Positions 53,393 through 64,000 of a stretch of 64,000 nucleotides of DNA are shown piece by piece. A program made the translations under genes and the position numbers. Every line of letters starts with the position of its first letter. Position 1 is the first letter of the stretch. Source of the DNA: Nymphaea colorata (Eukaryota); the NCBI RefSeq assembly GCF_008831285.2, contig NC_045138.2, forward strand, positions 31,992,001-32,056,000, written 5' to 3'. Below the pieces are notes generated by a model. It was not told the DNA's origin. It did no database searches and saw nothing but the letters and a program-made list of their open reading frames with translations.

Positions 53393-55504
53393 TGTAAAAT
53401 ATTTGAAAAAATAAGAGAGATGTAATACAGGGTGCACCCTGGGGTAGACTAAGAGGTCTAGATCAGGCCCATCTCTTGCAGTGAAATTTTTTATTTCTAC
53501 TTTTTATCTTCTAATTTGGTTTAAGAAGTAGGCTTGTGTGGCCCTTAGACTTGGACTGTAGTCCTTTTTGTTGCAATGGTTAACGTAAAATTGCAAGTGA
53601 ACTTACAAACCGTTTGAATTGTTTGTGAAATTTAAGGTAAATTACTATTTCACTTTTGGTAGAATATATATCTGCATACATTTTATATTTATCTATACAC
53701 TACATGCCCATAATTTTTCAAACTGCCACCTTATATCCGTTGTATCACACAAGTACCCAAACCTAGTGACATAACTTAATCTTGTACCTTATGAAGATGC
53801 AATTTTATCCTTTTTCAGGTTGTGCAATAAAATCACATCATAATCAATATTTTAAATGAATCTTATGCTTCTTGAAGGTTTACCTTTAAATTTAAATTTA
53901 TTTCTAGGTGCTGGACTTCCTCCCAATGCAACTGTACCTGGCCTTCCAATTGTTTCTGCTTCCACCTCCTTGACAAACAGTTTGAGTTCAGTTGGCAATG
54001 GAACATCAAAGACTCCCGATGAGATGTTGAAAGTAATGTCACCAGCCTTGGTTACGTTTATAGCACATCTGCCAGTAGTGGAAGGTATTGCACTTCTGAT
54101 TTGCTTATTTTTCTTTGGGAGGTAGCAATTCTACTAGTGAACTAAATATAACTTTGCTCTCCAGGTGTGCTTTGGTTCCAATTTGTGGATAAGGGAAACA
54201 TAGCATGGCAGGATCTTGTATCTATATAATGCTGCTTGATTGTAGTTTTTTCCTTGTATCAGATTTTATGAAACCCAAGCTTGTCATTTTAAACATATTT
54301 TCTTGCATGCTCTTAAGCTGTCTGCTGTCTTTGTTTTTCGCAAATCTTGTGCTCGTCACATTTATCAGCATATGGATTGGTTTCTAGCTCACGGTACCTA
54401 GTTTGTCGTTGATTTATAACATTGTTATTGGTTTTACAGGCCCATCCCCAAATGTAGACATTGTCCTGTCCATATTGGCACAGTGCAACTTTCCTACTGG
54501 AGCTACTGGAAAATCAACTAGGTTACAACATCAATCGGCTGTAGGTCCTGTTCAAAGCACCACAAACGATCTAGCAGGGCCAGCAAAATCATGGTCAAAT
54601 GCAAATAGCTCATCTGCAAGACCACAGAGCCATGCAGGAAAAAGAAGGGATTCTGATAGTAAGCTTCTATATGGCATCTCAAACCTATTATTTGTTTGAG
54701 TTTGTCCTAAGTTTCTTCCATTAGAAGACATCTTGCTTGAAAAGCTCCGGCTCTACCCTGTTAGAAGGGAAAATTAAGTATAGTTCTCAGCGTATGCTGC
54801 ATGGGCATGTTTTGGGTCAAAAGGACCAAAAGGCAAGAGAAAAATTTACGACTTGTGAAAGTGAAACAAAACTAAAATCATGACAGTAGACCTTTCAAAT
54901 TCCAAAATTTTTAGAAGTCAAGTCTGTCAAAGATATTGTAATGGAATACATGTAAAATTGATATTCTTGACAAGTTAAGGGTATTATCGATGTTGGTTTT
55001 GTGACATCCTAGACCTGGATATGCCTATTGTGACCCATGACATGCATCCGCCTGCCTCTGATTCACAGCTCAATATTGGAACTAGTCTGTGATGGGCTGT
55101 AGATTTTGTCCTCATCAAACAGAGAGAAAAAAAAAAAAAGTAATCAAGGTCAGGATTTCAAGATCAGGGCATTGCAGGTCCCTGTTCCTTGAAGTTGCCT
55201 CAGATTTTCATGTATCTAGTGTTACTGTTCCTCTTCCACAGTTGGTAGAATAGTCCCTTTATATGGTGCTGTCATTGTGATTTTATCATTCCGCTAGATT
55301 CTCAACTTCTATTCACCTGATGACTTTGTTTTGTCAATAGGACAAGATGATGATGAAATAACCGTACAGAGCCAACCGCTGCAGCGAGACATTTTCAGGC
55401 TTCGACAAATGCGGAGGGCTAGGGGCTTGACCTCTTCACAGACTGGATCCGCGTCTGTGGGGAGTGGAGCTATTTCTGGGGAACCTTCTGGAAGTAGTGG
55501 ATGA
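28975..55504 (+). CDS. CSTF77: Cleavage stimulation factor subunit 77 (Su(f)/RNA14 homolog); 22 coding exons: 28975-29052, 29658-29720, 30073-30182, 33053-33153, 33565-33626, 33726-33866, 34663-34791, 35539-35585, 36543-36606, 38368-38488, 38975-39033, 39103-39171, 39253-39393, 46344-46408, 46570-46666, 48902-48961, 50159-50311, 51509-51575, 51657-51767, 53908-54084, 54440-54658, 55341-55504; start codon unresolved
   Basis: GT/AG exons join in frame into a HAT-repeat protein: DKYNVE.., [101 protein letters not shown]...SGSSG*, collinear with plant CstF77 as I recall it. Confidence 0.95.
31721..31806. repeat. 40-bp tandem duplication (MITE-end-like)
   Basis: CTGCACCCATACCCAT(G/A)TTTTTTTGATGCTGAACATGCAC occurs twice. 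Confidence 0.85.
39948..45320 (+). mobile_element. Full-length Ty1/Copia LTR retrotransposon in CstF77 intron 39394-46343
   Basis: 476-bp LTRs 39948-40423 and 44845-45320 (TG...CA); 5-bp TSD TCTTG (39943-39947, 45321-45325); PBS TGGTATCAGAGC at 40424-40435 (tRNA-Met type); PPT 44836-44844; domain order gag-PR-IN-RT-RH. Confidence 0.98.
40721..44831 (+). pseudogene. Disrupted Copia gag-pol polyprotein
   Basis: WILDSGAS (protease), [25 protein letters not shown] (integrase), [23 protein letters not shown] (RT), [21 protein letters not shown] (RNase H). Stop at 41135-41137; +1 frameshift at about 43982-43985. Confidence 0.95.
52035..53776. mobile_element. Degenerate TIR (hAT-like) non-autonomous element enclosing the petA NUPT
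   Basis: Inverted ends CCCTATGTCAC / GTGACATAACT, GGTGCGG subterminal repeats at the left end, flanks TCATCTTC / TAATCTTG (6/8). Confidence 0.5.
52745..53353 (-). pseudogene. petA: Nuclear plastid DNA insertion (NUPT): 5' part of petA (cytochrome f)
   Basis: [14 protein letters not shown].., [64 protein letters not shown]. Start codon reads TTG (53324), the first mature Tyr is TAA, there is a frameshift near 52868, and the gene is truncated after GGN. Confidence 0.96.
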
Positions 55505-56478
55505 CTAATTGGTCAATCTACTACCTTGAAGGCCAGTGAGCATTTCCTTTTTCCCTTTTTGTTGTGGCAGTTTTTTAACTTAATGTTGCTACAACTTCTG
55601 ATGTAAGAAACAGTTCTTTTTTCTGAAGAAAGTTATAGTTTCGTTTGGGCACATTCTGCGTTTGAATGTTTATCGTATCATAAGCATGCCAATCTTGTAA
55701 CAGTATCCGTGTTCATCTTCACTTTGCTTTGACTCAGCCAGTAAAGCATCCATGTGTTCTTATGTTTTTCTTACTAAGCTCTCAAGGTCTTATACGTGCT
55801 AGGGCTGCCAGCCGGGAGGTACGTGTTTATTGAACTTTTAGGCAATTGCTGGGCTTAAAATCTTACGGACTCGTGTAAGCCGAGGAACCCTCTTAAATTT
55901 AGGGCTTAAATCCAACCTCCTAGGCAGGTACAAGGAGCACCTCTTGAACCATTCCACTTACTATTAGGTGAACATCAACAAGTTTCTTCCCAAAACTGTT
56001 GCTACGATAAGTTTGCATGTCTTCATAAAAGAGAGAAACTTTACAAATGCAATTACAGCAAAAGATCGATTCAGAACATCACTATATGCAAGAAACTAAA
56101 TTACACATCGTGAGAGACAGAATCCCACTTTGGCAAGACTGATAATATAATGAAAGGAACCAACCACTTCGTTCTTGCAAGGAATGAAAAAAATTGTCAC
56201 CCTGACAAGTAAACAAAAACTCAAGCTACTGAAAAGAATAAATAAAGCCCAAAAATGCAACCACGGCTACCAAAAATCCTAAGTTTGTGCAGATCTCAGC
56301 ACCCACGAAATCTTCAAAACGCAAAGAAAACGGTCAAAGCCGATTACGCAACCAACAACTTGTTACTCCCACTCAACCTGAAACGCTCGACCCGGAGCTC
56401 GAGTTGGAACCAAAACTAGATCACTTTTTATGTATTAGTTTCCTGCCTTTGTTCTTTAACCTACTGAACTTGAATCGA

Positions 56479-59400
56479 TTAATCCTTGCTTTCTTTGGTC
56501 TCTACATGTTCTGTGCTTGCATCCAATCTATGATCGACCTCTTCTTTCCTGTCTTCGTGGTGAGCAACCAAACTATGGGGGATGTCTTCTTTCCTGTCTC
56601 CATGGTGGATGTCTTCTTTATTACCTCCATCAGATTCTCTCTCATCGAAAGAATGCACCTCATGAACAGCAGAACTCGGAACACTCTCAGCTGATTTGGG
56701 CTCAGATTTATCAGCATTAGTTTCTACTTGTTCCTCCTGCTCTTCAGTGAATGTAGTATCGGTGGCTTCCCCAGCATCGTCTTTGTTAATTTGCTTAGAT
56801 ACCAATTCAATATCTTCACGAGGTCTTGCTTCGGGTACTTCCAGCTCTGCATGCTCATCAGAGAAATCATGAAGCTGCATCATTTTGGAGCCGTCACCAT
56901 GCTTTTCAGAGAATTCTTTTGAAAGTTGCATCATCAACTCCTCCATGTCATCCAGGGCTCTGGCTTCAATAAACTCCAGCTCTGACTGTCCATAGCTTGG
57001 TTCCGATTTATCCTCATTTGGTTTGCTAGATTCTCCTTCCGAGAACTGCTTCAAAGCAAGACCAATGTCCTCTACAAGTTTTGGTTCAAGAATCGGCATC
57101 TGTATCAAGTCACCCGTTGCTACTTCTTCTTTTGATTCTCCATCGGAGTGTATTTCGAGCTGCTTTTGTGGCCTGTTCATGGAAGCCGACTCTTCTGCAA
57201 CTCTGAAATCGCCAATTCTGTCCAATTCAGTCAAAAGGTCTTCGTCGAGGTCTTTGATGCATGCGACCTCTTCCTCCCCCATCACCCAAACGTCATGGTC
57301 GGCCCCCGGATGATCCTTGGAAATTTGCACAGTATTTGGCCGATTCGTATCGTCATCCATAGCTGATGACTCTGAAACAGGGAGTACGGGGTCCAGAACT
57401 CTTGATGTGGCCGCGTAGTTTTCATCAGCAATGTCCTGTCGAGCACCTTCTGACAAGGATACATGGATGTTCTTAGGCGATTCATTATGGGATCCACCTT
57501 GTATCGTCTCAGAGGTGCTATGCTCCATATCTGATAAACCTGAGGACTCATGCAATTCTTTAGTTTCCAAGATCTGTGAACCAGTTAACAATGTAAGATC
57601 AGCAGGGGGGTGATCCACAGGAAGAGCATTGGCGCTCTGCAGACAATCCTCATGTGCATTTTCAGATGAATCCTCCACCTGCAAATAAGATAAAATTTGA
57701 TCGCATGAGCATTTCTTGTTGAACATCTCCTAGGACATCAACAGAAAATAAAAGCATGTTGAAGGTACTACCTCAGACACATGATAATCGTCAACGGAGG
57801 ACAGATCTACAGCTGATACGTCTTCTTTCGGAGGCATGCTCTCTGATATTGTTACAGGTAGATCAACCACTGAAACGGCAGCAGTAGCCGCTACCTCCTC
57901 AGCATTAGAGGGATGAGCATGGACATCAGCAAAGGCTTCACCATCCTTACTCAATGCTCTTGGGGATAATTCAGCAACATGGATGTCCTCAGCTTTTTCT
58001 TGATTGTTGCTGGGTTGGATGGTCTCAATCACAGCTTCTTTTACCTCCGGTAGATGAGACTGGTTGCTCAGATTGGTGTGGCTTTGGCCATCTCCTACTG
58101 GAACAGAAACATCTGCCAAAAGATCGTCACTGTCTGAAAAAGCCACACTGGGTTTATTGACTGATTTGTTTTCTCCATCAGCAGTCTCTTCTTTAAACTC
58201 ATGTACAATGTTCTTTTCCACTTCGATATCATGAGAACCTTGCTCTGAAGACTCCACTGGAGCATCAGAGGCTCCGGATGAGCATGGGAAGATTCCTTTC
58301 TCCGTAAAGGGATCACCTTCAACTAATGACGCCAAGCCTGAGTGAAATTTTTCTTGTGCTGATGGGCTCGAGTCGAAAACTGGCTCTCCCACCCGGCTGT
58401 CATCTGCTTCCTTTATCAGAATGTGCGGGTCTCTGGAACATGGTTGTGCAATTTCAGTAGTGCTCGTCGAAGCACCAGTCCAGAATGACTTGTCGCTTTC
58501 TTCATGAACATTTCCACCAAACTGTATTTCGTCTTCATCTGATGAAGTAGAGGAATTTGAATCATTAAAATCTTCTTCAACGACGTCTGATGCTGCATAC
58601 TGCTTACTTGGAGACTCGTCAAGAGGAAGTATGACATGCTCAGGCGAACCCAATCTTGCAACCTCCATGTGAACTTTTCTGCTTTTCATCTGCATCTCTT
58701 CGGAGGGCATTTCTGATTCCTCCTCTAAACCTGGAAAAGGAGAAGTAGATCCTACGTGGTGGTCAAAAGATTCAGGTTCCTGAATATGCTCCTCTGTGAT
58801 ATCAGAAGCAACTGATTCAACGTCATGCACAAGATCTTCCTCAGGATTGCTCTGTCCTTCTTGGATTTCCATGTGCTTCTCTTCTTCTTCTGAATCACTC
58901 TCTCGCTCTGGTGATGATGAATCACTATCACCTGGTTCAACAGAAGCATAAGTCGCTGCATCAACAATTTGTGCTCCATGGGCTTCACCATGCAGTTCAT
59001 GGTCTTTCGGTGTCTGAAAAAAGAAGCTCATGCTAGAGTCTGTACTTCCATTCTGAATACTGGGAAAGATACCTTCTCCCAAGGGATCTCCATTAGAGGT
59101 ACTCACTTGTGGGATATCTTTCCCAACTGCATCAGCAGCATGGTGGCCATGAAAAGAAGACTCGCTGTGCTGCTTATGGGGTTCTGCAAGGCTCGTGTTA
59201 AGGGGTGGATTAACAGGAGGAAAACACTCAAAACCTGCAAAAGAATTTACAGCTGCCATATTATAAAAAAGAACCAGTAATATCAGAAACAATCTTCTTT
59301 AGATCAGTACCTCCAAATTGTGGCCCACCCAATAGATGAGCTTCATTTGTATACAGTCCCTTCTGTTGAACAGCCATGAAATCTCCATGGCTGGAAGTTT

Positions 59401-61033
59401 CTCCCGTAAGCATCCCATCCACGCCAGCATGGTCATATGGAAGATCAAATGGGTTCCGTTTTGCCGAGAAGGTTGAAGGCGCCCTAGCCGAAGCTGGAAC
59501 TGACACCTCTGCTAGTTCTTCCTCTCCATCACAGGGTAGATCAAAAGGATTCCTTCTGATAGAAGGAAGTGTCGCAGACCGAATCAGAAAAGGTGAGGCT
59601 TGAAGGGAAACAGAATCCAGTATGTTGAATGAAGAATCATCCATATCCAACAACGATATTTTCTCATCTGATTGCAGGTCTATAAGGTCCTTCTCCAGCT
59701 CAATTTTTTGGTTCCTCCTAGCTCGACGTTTGGCCATCAGATTCTCCAGACGTCGGTTCCTCTCCAACTCAGAGCTGCCAAGATCCATGACATTCTTCGT
59801 GTCATCATCAGTCCACTTGACCCCGCTTATCACTTCGTGCCCTTTGTTTTCTCCTTCACGACTCTCGCCGCCTTCCTTCTCCAATTCAGTACTAACATCA
59901 TCGTCGTCCTCGTCATCGTCCTCTTCATCATTGTCATCCTCATCATCAGAATCATGATTTTCAGAAGATTGCTCAGAATTTCCTTCGGACACTTCAAGGG
60001 AAGCAGGTTGGGGGGTCTCGGAATCCAGCAGGGGGTGAAGTTCGTCAAGCATGGGCAGTATGTCAGCCATGGAAGCATCAGGAGAAGAACTCTCTGCATG
60101 CTCCGAGCTAGAGTGAGATAGTTGGTCGTCTTGATCAAGCCCAGAGGATGACTGATCATGACGATCTATCCTCATCCAAGGGGATCCCAAAGAGGAAGTA
60201 AAAGAATCCTCAACATAGGCCTCAGAAACTTTATCCCGAACTTCGAAATCGTCGGCCTTATGCTTAGTCTCCTCAACATGATCTTCTTCAACCTTGTTCT
60301 CCTCTTTGTCCTTTCCTATGTCGTTCATCACGAACCGAACAGTTCGTCTGCTGTTCGAACGACAATAAAATTTCCCCCTGGATGAATCATCTTGGGATTC
60401 ACCAGCCTTTAAGTTCCCAGCCAATCTACTCTCATGAATTGCTTTCTCCAAACGACCAGTACCCAGTCCTAGCCCTTCCCTTGGTCGACCTTGTGTGGGA
60501 GTGAAAACCAAATCCTCCTCATCTGTAGCTACTCCAGACACAACTCTCTCATCCTTCTTCTGTATCTCCAAACGCAAGGAGTCACCACCTTTGATCTCTC
60601 CTCCTTCATCACCCAAATTCCTATTCTTGATTGCCTCTTCTTCGATCGTCTCCATTGTATTCCTTTCCTTCTCAAGCAAGGGAACCTCCATCTCGGAATT
60701 CCCATCCTTCTCGGTAACAACAAGATCAACACCACCATCCGCTTTAAGAGAAGAGATCTCCCGAGTTTTCTCTTCTTTCTCCTCACAAATTTCAGGAATA
60801 TGGGGATTCCCAAAACTCAAAAGCGTCCCCAGAAGAATGGCAGTGCAGATGATGACAGGGGAACTGGAAAGCAGAAAGAAGAAGGCGGCAGGAAAAAATG
60901 CATATAACAACACAATGAAAACCAAGATACCAGAAAGGAAGGGATGTTCACGCACAGATCCGCAGCAAGCTTTGCTGAAAACGATCAAGGATCTCTTAGT
61001 TTGACACCCGACCTTCTTGCAGTCAATACCCAT
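56479..61033 (-). CDS. Uncharacterised large acidic plant protein with N-terminal transmembrane segment (At5g17910/At2g29620-like), ~1461 aa; exons 61033-59311, 59234-57772, 57678-56479
   Basis: Three long ORFs are joined in frame by 76-bp and 93-bp GT-AG introns. Motifs: HPF..LLY..FP..F.FL.SSSPVIICTAILLGTLLSFG, ASMADILPMLDELHPLL, WTDDDTKNVMDLGSSELERNRRLENL, two RNPFDLP motifs. The family label is from memory. Confidence 0.87.
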
Positions 61034-61980
61034 CTTCAAATCTGTGCTGTTTCGATCTTCCACAATCGGATCAAACAAAAAAACTAAAAAACTATCAACA
61101 AAAACTATCAAAAAGGGAATTATTCACAGACTCCTATGCCAGAAATCAGATTGCTAACCGTCTTCCTCTCTCCCAAAACACAAAAGCGGGAGAAGGTGAA
61201 GGACCACCAAGGGGAAGAATGAGAGGAAAACAGATCAAGCCCAAAAAATAGACTTTTTTATTTAATGGGTGCATAAAAAATCCATAGGTTTGATGACAAT
61301 AATAGAAATCGGAGGAAAAGATTGGAGTTACTTGGATCGGAGGAGTTGGTATTCTTGGCTCAGAAATGGTCAATCTTGCCTCTCTCTCTCTCTCTCGGTT
61401 TGTCTTTCTGCTTTCCCTCCCCACCTTTTCTGTTATCCAAGCTTTGGACGGCAGAGATAATGATTCATGCCAACAAAGCCAAAAGAAAGCGAGGAGGAGA
61501 TCCTCCAATGTAGGGGCCAGCCATGATCACTACCTTCCCTTCTGTTCCTCCTCTTGTGGGGAATCCAATTAATCGCCGATTTTTTCTTTTTTCATGTTTC
61601 AAAACATAAAAACCCGGGAACCGTTAACGATCGTCTCGTCTGAACGGCGGTGCTGCCCTTCAAATCCCTACCTCACCCTTTTCTCTTTTTACTCACGCGC
61701 ACACATTATATATATATATATATATATATAAACTAACCGTTAAATAATTATATGGATTTTTAATAATATTCAATCTCTTAAGTGTTCTTCAGAAAATTTT
61801 CAAGATAATATTTTCCCCAATCTTATCGTTCGCTTATAAGAAATTAACAAAATCTAAGTCATCTTCACATATAAAGCGTTAATGATGGCTCTTTTAAATA
61901 GTACTTCCAAGAAAAGGTGCCCCTGAGACGCAGGCTCCCTGTCATCAAGTGGCTGACTCTAAATTCAAATATCAAAATTA

Positions 61981-62020
<40 letters not shown>

Positions 62021-62061
62021 CGCAGAGGGCAAAGTGAGAAACAAGACTTCTTAAATATATA

Positions 62062-62346
62062 AGCCATGTTTGGATGACACTGTAAAAAAGCTACTTTGTA
62101 AAAATTAGTATAGTAAGAAGATGATTTTTAATAATCCTTTAACAATTGGTTTGTATGATTGAATGACACAATTAAAACACATTTTTTGGGAATAATTTTG
62201 GGAAACCAAGTTGTTCAATGTTTGAAAATTCGGTTTTGACAAAACTCAATTATGGGAAAATCTGGTTTGAGTGTCACCTAAATGTTCTAAAAACAGCGTT
62301 TCAGAGGCAAAATGTGGTTTACTTGGAGTGTCATCCAAACACTGCC
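62062..62346. mobile_element. PIF/Harbinger (Tourist)-like MITE
   Basis: Perfect 15-bp inverted pair TGTTTGGATGACACT (62067-62081) / AGTGTCATCCAAACA (62327-62341). Confidence 0.72.
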
Positions 62347-64000
62347 ATACATTTGTATTTTATCTTTTTTAACCGTTAAAAAAGTGACTATGTTGTGCTT
62401 TTGTGTCCAAAGAAGAAAAAAATTTTTTGCTTGTTCTACATCAGTTCAAATGAAAACTTGTTTTCCGGAATCTAAAGCAAATTTTATTGCCGCTTATCCT
62501 GTAAGGACTATTGATTACGTAATTTTTTTAATAAAAAATTTTATTATTGACCAAAAAATTTGTTTTTAAATTATTTAAATAATAGAAAAATATTAGATAA
62601 CAAAGGTGTAGGCTTTTCTGGTGCCGCATCTGCATGGGCATTTTAATAACAGAGAAGGAGAAAGGACATCCCCGTAAATTTGGAGAAAGATTGAGAACAT
62701 TCCCCATACGCGCTCAACGGCTCGAGGCGCCAAGCCTGGCCTCATCCAACTAGACCATTCGATCGCCGATTTTACCGGACGAGGAATCGTCACCGTTATG
62801 GAGCAACGGTGCTTTCGCCTTAAGAAACAAGCAACCACCCTTCCGTGGGGACCCACACTCCAGTGGCCTTTACAGCTGACACTCGGCGCGCCCACGCTGG
62901 AAGGCATTAAACTAAACAGCGGAATTTTAAAAAATAAACACTACTTTGCTATAACCATCTTTTACAACTATATATATATATATATATATCGGTTTTTTTA
63001 ACATTTTGCGACATTAAAAACTGTTGCCATTGGTGTGTTCGACGGCAGCACTCCATAGGCCATGGTGCATTAGCCACACAATGCATCATTTATAACAGTT
63101 TTTACCATTATAAAATATGAAAAATCTCATCCCACGATAATTCTTCACATGTTGCGTATTTGGATGACGAAGAATGTTGTTGGAAGGCTAAAAAACATAA
63201 ATATACTATTAAAAATGCTCCATAACCTATTGGTAAGAGTACTATAAACTATTGTCATACTATAAATGGTTGTTAAATTTTTTAGCTATCACCAGCAATA
63301 GTTGTGCAAATTTGAATTCATTATATATATATATATAAGAATTGAAATCAGATGGCTAAAGAATTTAAGCCTGTCTCTGATATCACTATAAACTGTTGTT
63401 AAAATTATGAATGTCTAGCAGCTAGTCGATTTTAATTCCCACATATATATATATATATTAATGTTGTTGATAATACTATAGTTGTTAAAATCTGTTTCTG
63501 AATCTAATTAAAGAGTTTACCAATTCAATGAATTGGGTTCAAACGAATAAGCTGTGAATAGAAAAAAAGTTGAAAAGTGACAATATGTCATAATTTTTGT
63601 CCAGCTGCATCTAACCCCACTCTTGAAGTAGCTGGTGTTTGTTTATGGGATTCTTGTCCACCGAGGTGAGTTATCTTCTTGTACAACCTTTCAATTCTTT
63701 GTCTTTTTTGTTCTTTTTCACAGGATAAAGGAGGCATTCGCCCACACTTGAAGCAATAGAGGACAGCGGCTGTAAAGAGTGGCGAAACTTTTTTTTTTTT
63801 TTTCATGGAGTACTAAATATATTGTTAATAAATTTTTAATTGACCTTGAAGCAGTGATCGAGTCTCGTGAGCTGCTCCATATAACTGGACTTAGGTTCAT
63901 TTAAGTCCAACATGCAAATTCAAGGTTTCAAATTGGACTCTGTAAAGCATATTCTCTACGGAGACCCCACTTATCTTCGCCCTTAATTGTAATGGAATAC

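Noticed and set aside
59235..59310. Apparent frameshift between overlapping ORFs 59261-61111 and 57730-59292
   Set aside because: Explained by a 76-bp GT-AG phase-1 intron.
62900..63500. Recurring ACTATAAACTGTTGTTAAA-like motifs
   Set aside because: Probably decayed transposon subterminal repeats; no terminus could be defined.

Overview
Flowering-plant nuclear genomic DNA (AT-rich, spliceosomal introns, many microsatellites and MITEs); the species cannot be assigned from sequence alone. Left to right: (1) the 5' part of an HSP110-type Hsp70 gene (HSP70-14/15-like, minus strand) that probably continues off the window; (2) a small secreted cysteine-rich peptide locus invisible as one ORF, with one signal-peptide exon followed by two different phase-compatible Cys-rich exons; (3) a one-ended CACTA element next to an intron-containing fragment of an NDL/SF21 gene; (4) an intronless FANTASTIC FOUR (FAF) gene facing an inverted, disabled copy of itself, forming a ~1.1-kb-arm inverted repeat; (5) a 22-coding-exon CstF77 gene (plus strand) whose conserved start position reads GTG, carrying a sense-oriented, coding-defective Copia element with apparently identical LTRs and a plastid petA fragment nested in a TIR element; (6) a convergent 3-exon gene for a ~1460-aa acidic protein with an N-terminal membrane anchor. 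Exon models and alignments were made by eye from GT/AG sites, frame continuity and recalled family motifs; no searches were run.
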